Source: an uncultured cyanobacterium
GTDB taxonomy: Bacteria > Cyanobacteriota > Cyanobacteriia > Phormidesmidales > Phormidesmidaceae
DNA: 64,000 nucleotides
Reading direction: 5' to 3'
NCBI GenBank assembly: GCA_963793265.1
Contig: CAWBZI010000001.1
Coordinates: forward strand, 1,280,001-1,344,000
Shown: positions 41,800-51,835 of the stretch, in pieces
How positions within the stretch are numbered: the first letter of the stretch is position 1
Layout of the letters: every line of letters starts with the position of its first letter
Notes under the pieces: model-generated
What the model was told of the DNA's origin: nothing
What the model saw: only the letters and a program-made list of their open reading frames with translations
Databases searched by the model: none
Made by a program: the position numbers and the translations under genes

Positions 41800-43011
41800 C
41801 TACTTGTTCAATTTGAGATCAGTCGCAGATTTTGTAACGCGCTCTGTTTGAACCACGTCTATCCTCGATTCTGCTAGGCGCTTCATCCAGCCGCTCAAGT
41901 AGTCATAGTTAATCACTTGCTCTTTCGGATCGCTAGTATCAGCCGGATAAGGCATCATGCCTCTGACCGCCGCTTCCGTCACGCAAAACATTGACTTCTG
42001 AAAGCTCACGCAGAGCTGCACTCGAATATCGTCTTGCCCGCGCTTAGATTTTTGATAGATGTCGCGCAGGTATCTTGGCACATGATGACGCATGTCTTGC
42101 ATCAGCAGCGTCGGTGGGATGCCCGCTCCCCCAATTGGCAGCGGGTCAGCAAACAGCGCGCCATAGCCAAACTGCGCCTGATCGATCGGTACCTGCTGCG
42201 CTTGAGCGTTATACGAAACCGTGCCAAAAAACGGCGTTCCTCTTAAGAAGATGGTTTCTACATAGGGCACCGCCGTGTCTGATAAAAAGGTAAGCCCTAC
42301 TGACTCCGGGATAATGTCGTACTCAGTACCGCCTATATTCACGGCGTAGGTGATAGGCTTAGCCGCGCTGGCAACAAGTCCGTCTTTCACCAGCGAAACC
42401 ACATCGGCAATGGACTTGATTTTTCCCTGGTTGTATTTCTTGGCCAGATCCATGAAGATATCGCTCATTACCCGCCAAAACTGACCGAGCCCCGCGTAAT
42501 AGCAGAGCTGACGCACCTGCTCAGCCAAATACTCTGGAAAAATACCGTTCAGGGTCAGCAGCACCGGATTGAACCGGCTTTTGGCGCGAACCGCTGGAGA
42601 GCAGCAGGCCCAAAAGTCGTCTGAATCTAAATAGGCGTCTAATCCGCCGCCGCCGTGCCACATCATCGTTCGCATCACATACTCGGCATATTCGTAGTTA
42701 ATACGGTCATGCCATAGATGCTTCACTATCTTTTGTGGCGTTACATCTCCGTTGAAGTATTTGAACAGCGGGAACAGCACCAAGAACTGACTATCTGCAA
42801 TGTAGTTGAGATTTTTAGAATAGGCGTCTAAGACCACACCGTAGGCATCTAAAACACCGACAACCTCTTTTAAGTTCTCAGGCGTTTCGGGCAGTAGCGT
42901 CCCCCCCTCTACTAGGCGATCGATATAGTCTGCTGAAGAATAAGCTGGCGCGGCTTTTAGCTGCGGTGCAGAAGGTGTTGAGGTCATAGCAGGCACGCTT
43001 GAAATAGCCAA
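41800..43011 (-). CDS. cupB: CO2 hydration protein CupB (ChpX)
   Basis: HLWHDRINYEYAEY, YYAGLGQFWRVMSDIF (CupB-type) and GAGIPPTLLMQDM; last gene of ndhF4-ndhD4-cupB. Confidence 0.9.
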   Translation of the reverse strand: MAISSVPAMTSTPSAPQLKAAPAYSSADYIDRLVEGGTLLPETPENLKEVVGVLDAYGVVLDAYSKNLNYIADSQFLVLFPLFKYFNGDVTPQKIVKHLWHDRINYEYAEYVMRTMMWHGGGGLDAYLDSDDFWACCSPAVRAKSRFNPVLLTLNGIFPEYLAEQVRQLCYYAGLGQFWRVMSDIFMDLAKKYNQGKIKSIADVVSLVKDGLVASAAKPITYAVNIGGTEYDIIPESVGLTFLSDTAVPYVETIFLRGTPFFGTVSYNAQAQQVPIDQAQFGYGALFADPLPIGGAGIPPTLLMQDMRHHVPRYLRDIYQKSKRGQDDIRVQLCVSFQKSMFCVTEAAVRGMMPYPADTSDPKEQVINYDYLSGWMKRLAESRIDVVQTERVTKSATDLKLNK

Positions 43012-43019
43012 TTTTCAGA

Positions 43020-44597
43020 TCAGTTATTGAGGACAGATGCGCCGAAAGGGAAATCGGGATTAGGGAAGAAAGCAGGCGGCTGAGTAATCGCAACTTGCTC
43101 AGCCGGGGGGATAAATTCAGACGGGAAAATAAAGGTTGTCGTGGTCGCCTCCATCCAGCGCGTCATCCATTCAGGCTGCAGGCCAAAGGCAAATATCAGC
43201 AGCACTAGCGCTAGGGCAGGAACGCGATCGCGCCATTTTACCCCAGAGATCAGCGTATCGACCGGAGCATTCACGTTCGGCGGGGTCACCGTTAGCCGCC
43301 CGAAAAACACCCGGTTAATCATTAGCAAAAAGTATACCGCTGTGAGCCCCGAACCCACCATACACAGCAGCGTTTGCGGCGCGAAGCTCTCAAAACTACC
43401 GCGAAACACAACAAATTCTGAGATAAAGCCCATCATGCCAGGAATCCCGGCACTGGCCATTGCCCCTAGCACCATCAGCGAGCCAACAAAAGGCAGACCT
43501 CTCTCGGGAGCCATCAGCCCTTGTAACACATTTAAATCGCGTGTTCCTGTTTTTTTGTAAACCACACCTACCAGCAAAAACATCAGCGCCGAAATCAGAC
43601 CGTGGCTCACCATCTGCATGACCGTGCCTAGAATACTCAAAGGTGTAGCAGCAGCAGCGGCTAGCAGAATGTATCCCATATGACCGACCGAGCTATAGGC
43701 GACCATTTTTTTCATATCGGTTTGGGCGATCGCAGCCAAAGACCCATACAAAACGCTCGCCACCGCCCACCAGGCCAGCCAGGGCGAAATCTCTATCCAC
43801 GCATCAGGAAACAGCCCCACGCAAAAGCGCAAAATGCCGTAGGTTCCCAGCTTCAATAGCACGCCCGCTAGCAGCACCGATATCGGCGTAGAAGCTTCCA
43901 CGTGAGCATCAGGGAGCCAGGTATGAAAGGGCACCAGCGGAATTTTGATGCCGAATCCCACCAGCAAAATCACCAGCAGCACGGTCTGCTGCGCCAGCGT
44001 CAATCCTTGTGCTAGCGCCGGATCGTAGTCAAAGCTGCCCGTACCTGAAAGAAAAGCGAGTCCCAAAAAAGCCGCTAAGATCAGAATGCCAGAGAACGCG
44101 GTGTAGATTAAAAACTTAGTCGCCGCGTAGCCTCTGCGTTCGCCGCCCCAGATTGCGATTAATAAATAGAGCGGAATCAGCTCCAGCTCATAAAACAAGA
44201 AGAACAGCAGCAGGTTTTGAGCCAAAAACGCGCCCGCCACCGCGCCCGAGATAACCAGCAGCAGCGAGAAATAAAGCCGAGGTCGCTTAATATTCGCGCT
44301 TAGATACACCGAAACAAAGCTCAATAGCGCGTTGATAACCACCAAAGGCAGCGCAATGCCGTCAACCCCCATGCCGTAGCTGAGGCCCAAAGGCTCTATC
44401 CAGCTCAACTGCTCTACAAACTGAAAGCCAGGATTTGTTACGTCATACTGACTGACCAAATACAGCGAAAGCACAAACGTTACGCCGAGCGTAATCAAAG
44501 CGCCTAGCCTAGCCTGCGCGGACTCTAGCTTGCCGGGCCAGATGCCAATGAGCAAAGCACCCATCAGCGGAACTAACAGCAGTGAACTCAATATCAC
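43020..44597 (-). CDS. ndhD4: NDH-1 subunit NdhD4
   Basis: FYELELIPLY, KIPLVPFHTWLPDAHVEA and LLKLGTYG; operon with cupB. Confidence 0.88.
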   Translation of the reverse strand: MILSSLLLVPLMGALLIGIWPGKLESAQARLGALITLGVTFVLSLYLVSQYDVTNPGFQFVEQLSWIEPLGLSYGMGVDGIALPLVVINALLSFVSVYLSANIKRPRLYFSLLLVISGAVAGAFLAQNLLLFFLFYELELIPLYLLIAIWGGERRGYAATKFLIYTAFSGILILAAFLGLAFLSGTGSFDYDPALAQGLTLAQQTVLLVILLVGFGIKIPLVPFHTWLPDAHVEASTPISVLLAGVLLKLGTYGILRFCVGLFPDAWIEISPWLAWWAVASVLYGSLAAIAQTDMKKMVAYSSVGHMGYILLAAAAATPLSILGTVMQMVSHGLISALMFLLVGVVYKKTGTRDLNVLQGLMAPERGLPFVGSLMVLGAMASAGIPGMMGFISEFVVFRGSFESFAPQTLLCMVGSGLTAVYFLLMINRVFFGRLTVTPPNVNAPVDTLISGVKWRDRVPALALVLLIFAFGLQPEWMTRWMEATTTTFIFPSEFIPPAEQVAITQPPAFFPNPDFPFGASVLNN

Positions 44598-44664
44598 AAT
44601 CTTTTTCTGACCCCTTTCACCTTATCCAAAGTCTTGCTGCCTTCTCCTAAATTCAGTGCTGCTT

Positions 44665-46506
44665 CTACCACATCGCCCAGGTTGTCATTAGCACCAGTAG
44701 CGCTGTCCCGGCCACGATAGTGAGAATGTAGTTTTGCGATCGCCCCGAAGCGCTGTACTTAAGCCCCTCACCCGAGAGCAAAGACGCCGCCCCGACAAAA
44801 TTCACCGCCCCATCAATCACATAGCGATCCATCCAGTTGCTCAAATTTGAAAGCTGACTCACCAGCCGCACCACCGTTAGGTCGTAAAGCTTCCCAGTGT
44901 AAAAGTCGTTGCCGAGCAAATCTTGAACCACCCGCAGCCAGGCCGTACTAGAGCGCGACCAGGCTCGATTAAGCGGCAGATAAAAGCCCAGCGACACGCC
45001 CAGCACCCCAGAGGCCACCAACAGCAGCACCGCCGTCACATTGAAGTAGGCCATCGGCGGCAGCAGCGATAGCTGTGCCATCATCACCGGCACCAGCAGC
45101 ACCATCACCGAAAGCGTCACCATCGGCACGGCCATCAGCCAGCCCACCTCAGGCGTCCGGTGAGTCTTCGGCTGCGGCTTACCCAAAAACACCAGCCGAA
45201 ACACCCGCACCATATTCAGCGTCGTGAGAAAGTTCACCAGCAAAAACACGCCCACTAGCAGCGGATGCTCACTCCACAAAAACTCAATGCCTAAGCAAAA
45301 CGACCAGAAGCAGCCAAACGGAAGAATACCTGTAAGCCCCAAAGCAGCCGTCATATAGGCAATTGTCGTAGCAGGCATTCGCGACCAAAGCCCGCCCAGC
45401 TCCGTTAAGTCCTGATTATTAGTCGAAAAGATAATCGAACCGATGCTCATAAATACGAGCGCTTTAGCTAAGGCATGAGTGAATAGCAGCAGCAAGGCCA
45501 CACCCGGCCACTCCGTACCCACCGCAATAAAAACCAGCCCAATATAGGCGCTCGTAGAGTACGAAAACGCTCGCTTAAAATCGATTTGGGCCAAGGCCAC
45601 CAAAGAAGCCCCCACCGCCGTCACCGCACCAATCACAATCAGCACGTCTAGCGTAATGGGCGAAATTACAACCACCGGCTGAATCTTAATGAGTACATAA
45701 GCGCCTGTTGTCACCACCACTGAATTTCGCAAAATAGAAGCCGGACTCGGCCCCTCCATCGCTTCATCTAGCCATAGGTGCAAAGGAAACTGAGCGCACT
45801 TACCCGTCGGCCCTGCAATCAGCGCTAAGCCCGTCAACGTAGCGGCCAGCGGCGTAATATCAGCAACCTTCACCCAGTTATACAGATCGTTGTAGTTGAG
45901 ACTGCCAGCATAGGTGCTCAGCGCAATTAGCCCCATAAACAGCAGCACATCACCAACGCGCTTAGTCAAAAAGGCATCCCGAGCCGCCGTTACCACCAGC
46001 GGCTGAGCGTACCAGAACCCAACGATCAAGTACGTCGAGAGCGTTAGCATCTCTAGTAAAAAATAGCTAGAGAACAAAGAGCTGCTCAAAATAACGCCGC
46101 TAATCGCCCCTTCAAAAAAGCCCATCAGCGCAAAGAACCGAGCCAGCGCCCAGTCTTTTTCTAAGTAGCCCATCGCATAGATTTGCGCAAGCAGGCTCAA
46201 GCCTGCGGTCAGCTCTAAGAAAATCAGGTTGACAGCCGAAAGATCCAAAGAGGCCGATAGGTTGAGCCCTGCTGCTGAAAACCACTGGAAATCGACCTCT
46301 TGAGCGCCACCGCTCCAAATAGTCTGAAGTAAGAAGAACCCGTGCAAAGAAGCCAGCAGCGTCATAAAAACGTTGATGTACATAGCCGGACGAGGCCCGG
46401 TTCTTCGGATCAACCGAGTAGCCCAAGGCAGCGCTAGCAAAGCACCCACCAGGCCATACATCGGGATCAACCAACTCCACTGAATCAAAAACTGCATCTC
46501 TGGCAC
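44665..46506 (-). CDS. ndhF4: NDH-1 subunit NdhF4
   Basis: RRTGPRPA, AARDAFLTKRVGD and KCAQFPLHLWLDEAMEGP; operon with ndhD4 and cupB. Confidence 0.88.
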   Translation of the reverse strand: MPEMQFLIQWSWLIPMYGLVGALLALPWATRLIRRTGPRPAMYINVFMTLLASLHGFFLLQTIWSGGAQEVDFQWFSAAGLNLSASLDLSAVNLIFLELTAGLSLLAQIYAMGYLEKDWALARFFALMGFFEGAISGVILSSSLFSSYFLLEMLTLSTYLIVGFWYAQPLVVTAARDAFLTKRVGDVLLFMGLIALSTYAGSLNYNDLYNWVKVADITPLAATLTGLALIAGPTGKCAQFPLHLWLDEAMEGPSPASILRNSVVVTTGAYVLIKIQPVVVISPITLDVLIVIGAVTAVGASLVALAQIDFKRAFSYSTSAYIGLVFIAVGTEWPGVALLLLFTHALAKALVFMSIGSIIFSTNNQDLTELGGLWSRMPATTIAYMTAALGLTGILPFGCFWSFCLGIEFLWSEHPLLVGVFLLVNFLTTLNMVRVFRLVFLGKPQPKTHRTPEVGWLMAVPMVTLSVMVLLVPVMMAQLSLLPPMAYFNVTAVLLLVASGVLGVSLGFYLPLNRAWSRSSTAWLRVVQDLLGNDFYTGKLYDLTVVRLVSQLSNLSNWMDRYVIDGAVNFVGAASLLSGEGLKYSASGRSQNYILTIVAGTALLVLMTTWAMW

Positions 46507-47186
46507 TTCAGAATTTTTTAAAAATCGAAAAAGAAGACGATCTAATGAGTTGTGACGGCACCCTTTTTATGTCATTCCAAATGCTCAATTAAAATTGCTC
46601 TGAGAAAAGATAAAAGAATGTTTGCAAGGCTGTTTTAAGGGGCGTTTTTGCTTTATAGGAGCCTATTGACAACCGGCTGACATCGCTTTTACATACCTCT
46701 ACTCTACAAGTGGAAGCGCTCTCATATTTCTTTATATTACCTGACGCAGGTCGCTCAATGCCTTTAGCTAGCGCTTAACACAGCTTCATATTTCAACACA
46801 AACAGCCACGAACCCCGCATAAGCTTTAATAATGCTCGCTATTAGTAACAATCATTGAGGCTTATATTGTCAAAGGGGCAACGTCACTTTATTCTGAGTT
46901 ATGACGCAGGAGTTATACAGGCTCGCCTGAGATAAATTTTTGAGTCCGGTTTATTAAGAACTGGAGTTTTGAAACTAAGCTTTGCGCTATAAAATTTAGA
47001 CCAAATTTTAGGCATCTAGACGGCTAGTTTTAGCAGCTAAAGTTGCTGGCACTGTATCGCTATTCTGAAAAGTAGCGGTATTCCATAAAGATCGAATGAA
47101 AGGGTCGATGCAGCGCGATTAAGGCAAGTTTTAGAGGCAAAGGCTCAACTCTGTAATAGCTTTTTATTTGAAGGAGATCTCGACTA

Positions 47187-47495
47187 ATGCCTATTGCTGT
47201 TGGAATGATTGAAACAAAGGGGTTTCCCGCAGTCGTTGAGGCGGCTGATGCGATGGTGAAAGCTGCTCGCGTTACTTTGGTGGGCTACGAAAAAATTGGT
47301 AGTGGCCGAGTTACCGTCATTGTGCGCGGCGACGTTTCTGAAGTGCAGGCTTCTGTCTCTGCTGGCGTGGAGTCAGTCAAGCGCGTTAACGGCGGCGAAG
47401 TGCTCTCTACGCACATCATCGCGCGTCCTCACGAGAACCTGGAGTTCGTCCTGCCGATTCGCTACACCGAAGCGGTCGAACAGTTCAGGTCTTAA
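47187..47495 (+). CDS. ccmK2: Carboxysome shell hexamer CcmK2
   Basis: [26 protein letters not shown]...KIGSGR; 102 aa; AAGGAG RBS. Confidence 0.9.
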   Translation: MPIAVGMIETKGFPAVVEAADAMVKAARVTLVGYEKIGSGRVTVIVRGDVSEVQASVSAGVESVKRVNGGEVLSTHIIARPHENLEFVLPIRYTEAVEQFRS

Positions 47496-47579
47496 GTGCT
47501 TTGGCTGATGATGTAGAAGCGAGGCTTAAAATTCGCCTTTCGTTTTGACTTTTTTGTTTTGATTTTTTAGGAAAAGAGT

Positions 47580-47918
47580 ATGGCAATTGCAGTAGGTATG
47601 GTGGAAACGTTGGGTTTCCCCGCAGTGGTTGAAGCGGCTGATGCGATGGTGAAAGCCGCTCGCGTTACTTTGGTGGGCTACGAAAAGATTGGTAGTGGCC
47701 GAGTCACCGTCATTGTGCGCGGCGACGTTTCTGAGGTGCAAGCCTCTGTCGCTGCTGGCGTTGAGAACGTCAAGCGGGTTAACGGCGGTCAGGTGCTCTC
47801 GACGCACATCATCGCGCGCCCTCACGAGAACCTTGAGTTCGTGCTACCGATTCGCTACACCGAAGCGGTTGAGCAGTTCCGCGAAAGCGTCAGCGGCATC
47901 CGCCCTTACGGTAGATAA
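47580..47918 (+). CDS. ccmK1: Carboxysome shell hexamer CcmK1
   Basis: Same BMC domain with a 10-aa C-terminal extension. Confidence 0.88.
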   Translation: MAIAVGMVETLGFPAVVEAADAMVKAARVTLVGYEKIGSGRVTVIVRGDVSEVQASVAAGVENVKRVNGGQVLSTHIIARPHENLEFVLPIRYTEAVEQFRESVSGIRPYGR

Positions 47919-47928
47919 GTAACGCTTT

Positions 47929-48231
47929 ATGCGCTTAGCAAAAGTTAGAGGGACTGTCGTTAGTACCGTGAAAGACGACAGTCTGATGGGGGTCAAGCTG
48001 CTGCTTGTTCAGCTCATTGAAGAGTCAGGCGAGCTTCAGAACGAATATGAAGTCGCTGCCGATGTTGTCGGGGCTGGTGTTGGCGAGTGGGTGCTGGTGA
48101 GTCGGGGTAGTTCGGCGCGTCAGCAGCAGGGCTACAGCCAACGGCCTGTAGACGCTGCCATCATTGCAATTGTAGATACGGTTAGCCTGGATTCTGGTCT
48201 GCTGTATGACAAACGAGAAGATTTTAGATAG
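47929..48231 (+). CDS. ccmL: Carboxysome vertex protein CcmL
   Basis: MRLAKVRGTVVST...VAADVVGAGVGEWVLVSRGSSAR...PVDA. Confidence 0.95.
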   Translation: MRLAKVRGTVVSTVKDDSLMGVKLLLVQLIEESGELQNEYEVAADVVGAGVGEWVLVSRGSSARQQQGYSQRPVDAAIIAIVDTVSLDSGLLYDKREDFR

Positions 48232-48307
48232 GGACAAAACGGGTAATAACGTTGCTTTGTATCTGAAATACCAGTTTTGAAATGTCAGAAGAAAGCAGGA
48301 GGCCGGT

Positions 48308-50950
48308 ATGGCAACTTCAGGGCCGAGCATAGGTCTGTTAGCACATCCAAATGTAAGCGCGACGGCTGATGTACACGAGTTTTCTTTTATAGAGGGCGAT
48401 GTGTCTGTCGGCGCTGGCGCGATGGTAGCACCCGGTACGGCGATTACAGCTAGTGCTGGGGCTTCTGTCGTTGTGGGTGAAGGCTGCTTGCTGCTGCCTG
48501 GCGTGGTTGTAGAAGGCGTTGACGGGCCTCAGGTGATGAGCAAGGCTGGGGCTTCGGCGTCGGTTTGGGTGGGCGATCGCACTCTCATCTCTCACAAATG
48601 CGTCATCCACTCCCCCGCCTTCATCGGCGCAGACAGCTTCATCGGCTTTCGCTCCACTGTCTTTAACGCCCGAATTGGCGATGGCTGCGTTGTGATGATG
48701 CACACGCTCGTTCAAGACGTAGAAGTCCCAGCGGGCAAATGCGTTCCTTCTGGCAGCGTTATTACCACTCAGCACCAAGCCGATCAGCTTCCCAACGTGC
48801 GCCCCGAAGATCTTGAGTTTGCCAAAGAGATTATGGGCGGGCGTTCAGCCAGCTCATCAAGATCTCAGCAGACTTCTGGGGGTCGCCGTCAGTCTCAGGC
48901 CAAACTTATTCCCATCCGAGGCCGTTCTGGCCAAAGCTCAGCTAGCCGCTCAGGTGGTTCGCGAGCGTCTAGCTCACTTAACAGTCCATCCCCCAATCGT
49001 TCAAGCTACTCATACGCCACTAAAGGAGCCAACAAAGGAGCCGCTATGCAAACCCAAAGACTCTCTCCCGAAATCGTCCAGCAGGTACGCCAGTTTTTAG
49101 GCCAGGGCTACCGCATCGGCATGGAACACGCCGACGAAAGGCGCTACCGCAGCGGCGTTTGGGAAACCTGCACACCGATTAGAGAAACCAGAGAGCAGGC
49201 CGTCTTTGAAGCATTAGAGCGCTGCTTAGCAGAGCACAGTGGCGAATACGTCCGCATGTTTGGCATCGACCCTCAAGCCAAGCGCAGGGTCGGCATGTCA
49301 ACCGTTCAGCGCCCCGGCGATAAGCCAAAGGGCAGTAGCGTTCAGTCAGCTTCATCCGGTAGCTACGGTGGCTCCCGTCAATCTAATCGTCAGTCTAGCG
49401 GCTATTCTAACGGCCAGAACAGCAGCAACTCTAATGGCGGCGGACTCACAGCGGACGTTGTGCAACAGGTTCGCGGCCTGCTACAGAGTGGATTCATTAT
49501 CGGCACTGAGCACGCAGACGCGCGCAGATACACCAGCAACGTATGGAAAAGCTGCTCACCGATCAAGTCTACAAACGAGTCAGAAGTCATTGCTCACTTG
49601 GAGCACTGCCTAGCCGAGCACAGCGGCGAATATGTCCGCATGTTTGGCATCGATCCAAAGGCTAAACGCCGGGTATCTTCCGCCACCATTCAAAGAGCTG
49701 ACGGCAAGCCTGTTGATTCATCCGGCTCTGCTTCGGGTGCACAATCCTATGGCAACCAGTCTTACAGCAACCAGTCTTATAGCAGCTCATCTTACGGCGG
49801 CGCTCAAAGCAGCGGCTATGCCCAGAGCGACGATGGTGGTACGGTTGCCAAAGCTGTCAACCAGATTTTAGGACAGGGCAATCAGATTGGTGTGGAGTAC
49901 GCTGATGCTCGTCGCTATCGCAGCGGCATTTGGCAGACCGCGCCCTCTGTTTCCTCACTCAATCAGCTTCAGGGATTCTTGAGCCAGCACGCCGACAAGT
50001 ACGTTCGCGTCTTTGGCATAAACAAGTCACAAAAGACCAGAGGGTCTTCGCAGACGGTTCAAAAACCCGGACAAAAGCAAGAAATTCAGCCCTCGCAGCA
50101 AGGCGGTTCTCAAAACAGAAGAGATCCCATTAACGCAAATCCACCTCACTACGACGACCCGGCGTTTCGGAATCAGCCTAGCAGCTACAGCACTAATAGC
50201 TACAGCAGCTACCGAGCTGGCGGCAGTAGTGGCAGCGGCAACGGTAGCGGCAACGGCGACGGTATCGACGCTCGCGTGTTAGATCAAGTAACGCAGATCG
50301 TCAATCAGGGCCTCAAAATCTCGATTGAGTTTGCCGACAAGCGTCGCTACCGCAGCGGCCTCTGGAAAACAGGCGCAGCAATTAATGCTCGCCGACCGGC
50401 GGAGGCTATCTCGGAGGTCGGCAAGCAGCTCGCCCGACACAAAGATGACTACGTGCGTTTAGTCGGCATTGATGCCAAAGCCAAGCGCCGTGTTACAGAA
50501 GTGACCATTCAAAAGCCAGGGCAGGCCGCTCAGGGTGTTTCGGGTACCGGCAAAGATCCTATCAATGCAAATCCACCCCACTACGACGATCCAGCCTTCC
50601 GAGGTCAGCCTAGTAGCTACAGCACTAATAGCTATAGTAGCTACCGAGCTGGCGGCAACGGCACCGGCAATGGCACCGGGAACAACGGCGGCATGGACGC
50701 CAACGTGCTGGATCAAATCACCCAGCTTGTAAATCAGGGCCACAAAATCTCGATTGAATTTGCTGACAAGCGTCGTTTCCGCAGCGGTATTTGGAAAGAT
50801 GGTGAAGCAATTAGCGCTCGCCGTCCGGCAGAGGCTATCTCTGAGCTGGGCAAGCAGCTTGCACGCCATCAGGGCGAATATGTGCGCCTAGTTGGCGTTG
50901 ATACTCAGGCCAAGCGTCGGGTATTAGAAGCCACTATTCAGCGTCCATAA
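48308..50950 (+). CDS. ccmM: Carboxysome assembly protein CcmM (gamma-CA-like domain plus 5 SSUL domains)
   Basis: FIGFRSTVFNARIG...MMHTLVQDVEVP followed by five E(H/Y/F)ADxRR(Y/F)...W...YVR..G...Q(R/K)(P/A) modules. Confidence 0.95.
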   Translation: MATSGPSIGLLAHPNVSATADVHEFSFIEGDVSVGAGAMVAPGTAITASAGASVVVGEGCLLLPGVVVEGVDGPQVMSKAGASASVWVGDRTLISHKCVIHSPAFIGADSFIGFRSTVFNARIGDGCVVMMHTLVQDVEVPAGKCVPSGSVITTQHQADQLPNVRPEDLEFAKEIMGGRSASSSRSQQTSGGRRQSQAKLIPIRGRSGQSSASRSGGSRASSSLNSPSPNRSSYSYATKGANKGAAMQTQRLSPEIVQQVRQFLGQGYRIGMEHADERRYRSGVWETCTPIRETREQAVFEALERCLAEHSGEYVRMFGIDPQAKRRVGMSTVQRPGDKPKGSSVQSASSGSYGGSRQSNRQSSGYSNGQNSSNSNGGGLTADVVQQVRGLLQSGFIIGTEHADARRYTSNVWKSCSPIKSTNESEVIAHLEHCLAEHSGEYVRMFGIDPKAKRRVSSATIQRADGKPVDSSGSASGAQSYGNQSYSNQSYSSSSYGGAQSSGYAQSDDGGTVAKAVNQILGQGNQIGVEYADARRYRSGIWQTAPSVSSLNQLQGFLSQHADKYVRVFGINKSQKTRGSSQTVQKPGQKQEIQPSQQGGSQNRRDPINANPPHYDDPAFRNQPSSYSTNSYSSYRAGGSSGSGNGSGNGDGIDARVLDQVTQIVNQGLKISIEFADKRRYRSGLWKTGAAINARRPAEAISEVGKQLARHKDDYVRLVGIDAKAKRRVTEVTIQKPGQAAQGVSGTGKDPINANPPHYDDPAFRGQPSSYSTNSYSSYRAGGNGTGNGTGNNGGMDANVLDQITQLVNQGHKISIEFADKRRFRSGIWKDGEAISARRPAEAISELGKQLARHQGEYVRLVGVDTQAKRRVLEATIQRP
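49021..49048 (+). promoter_or_regulatory. Internal RBS and ATG for the short (SSUL-only) CcmM isoform
   Basis: AAAGGAGCC occurs twice just before in-frame ATG 49046 (M247), directly ahead of SSUL1. Confidence 0.75.
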
Positions 50951-51015
50951 TCCAGCAGGCAGCTTAGGATAAATACATTGCTATTGCCTGAGCTGCTTGA
51001 AACTGATTTATTCGT

Positions 51016-51831
51016 ATGCAGCCTCTAAACGACGTGATCCAACGGGAACCTACGCTCATCAGCTCAACTCACTACTGCGTAGTGGGCGATGTGACTATTG
51101 ATAATTCGGCAGCGATCGCACCCGGCGTCGTCTTGCAGGCTGCTTCCGACAGTCGCATTATTATTGAGAAGGGTGTCTGCATTGCCGCAGGTGTCTGCAT
51201 TCAATCACGCTCAGGCATTCTAACTCTCTCAACCGGCGTCAGCTTAGGCGCAAACGTCTTAGTTATCGGTAACGGCACTATTGGCGCAAACGCCTGTATC
51301 AGTCCCGGCAGCACCGTCATCAATCCATCCGTAGCCGCCGAAGCCATTCTGCCACCCGCCTCACTTATTGGCGCAAACCCAAATAGTGCGAGTCCGAACA
51401 GTGTAAGCTCAACGTTCTCAAACGCTGGTACAAGCTCGACCTTTTCAAATTCAACCTTCTCAGACTCGAAGGTAAACGCAGCAGCCCCTCAACCGCAGCG
51501 AATCAATACCCACGCCTCAACCCCCCAAGAAACAACGTTCAAAAATACCTTCGTTGAACCGGGGCCGGTTACTGCTAAACCTATCGCCATCCCCGATATC
51601 AGCGACCAGTCGAGCACCTTTGTCCCACCGCCCTCTATCAATCAGCCCTTCAGCAACGTTGGTAACAACAGCAATAACAGCAACCTAACTAATAGCGTAC
51701 AATCAGGCAATGGATCGTCATCATTAGCCGTGCACTCTAGCAACCCTGTGTCCGGTAAATCGCAGGTTACGCAGCTCATTTCAGCGCTGTTTCCCAATCG
51801 GCAATCCTTGAACGGTAACTCTTCCTCATAA
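51016..51831 (+). CDS. ccmN: Carboxysome assembly protein CcmN
   Basis: Hexapeptide N-domain (GDVTIDNSAAIAPGVVLQA) and C-terminal encapsulation-peptide-like VSGKSQVTQLISALFP. Confidence 0.9.
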   Translation: MQPLNDVIQREPTLISSTHYCVVGDVTIDNSAAIAPGVVLQAASDSRIIIEKGVCIAAGVCIQSRSGILTLSTGVSLGANVLVIGNGTIGANACISPGSTVINPSVAAEAILPPASLIGANPNSASPNSVSSTFSNAGTSSTFSNSTFSDSKVNAAAPQPQRINTHASTPQETTFKNTFVEPGPVTAKPIAIPDISDQSSTFVPPPSINQPFSNVGNNSNNSNLTNSVQSGNGSSSLAVHSSNPVSGKSQVTQLISALFPNRQSLNGNSSS

Positions 51832-51835
51832 GCGT

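Noticed and set aside
41800..46506. Assignment as the high-affinity NDH-1(3) system (ndhF3/D3/cupA)
   Set aside because: The Cup protein has the CupB-type GLGQFWRVM segment, no cupS follows, and the position beside ccmK fits NDH-1(4).
47187..47918. Near-identical tandem ccmK genes
   Set aside because: Normal ccmK2-ccmK1 pair in beta-carboxysome operons.
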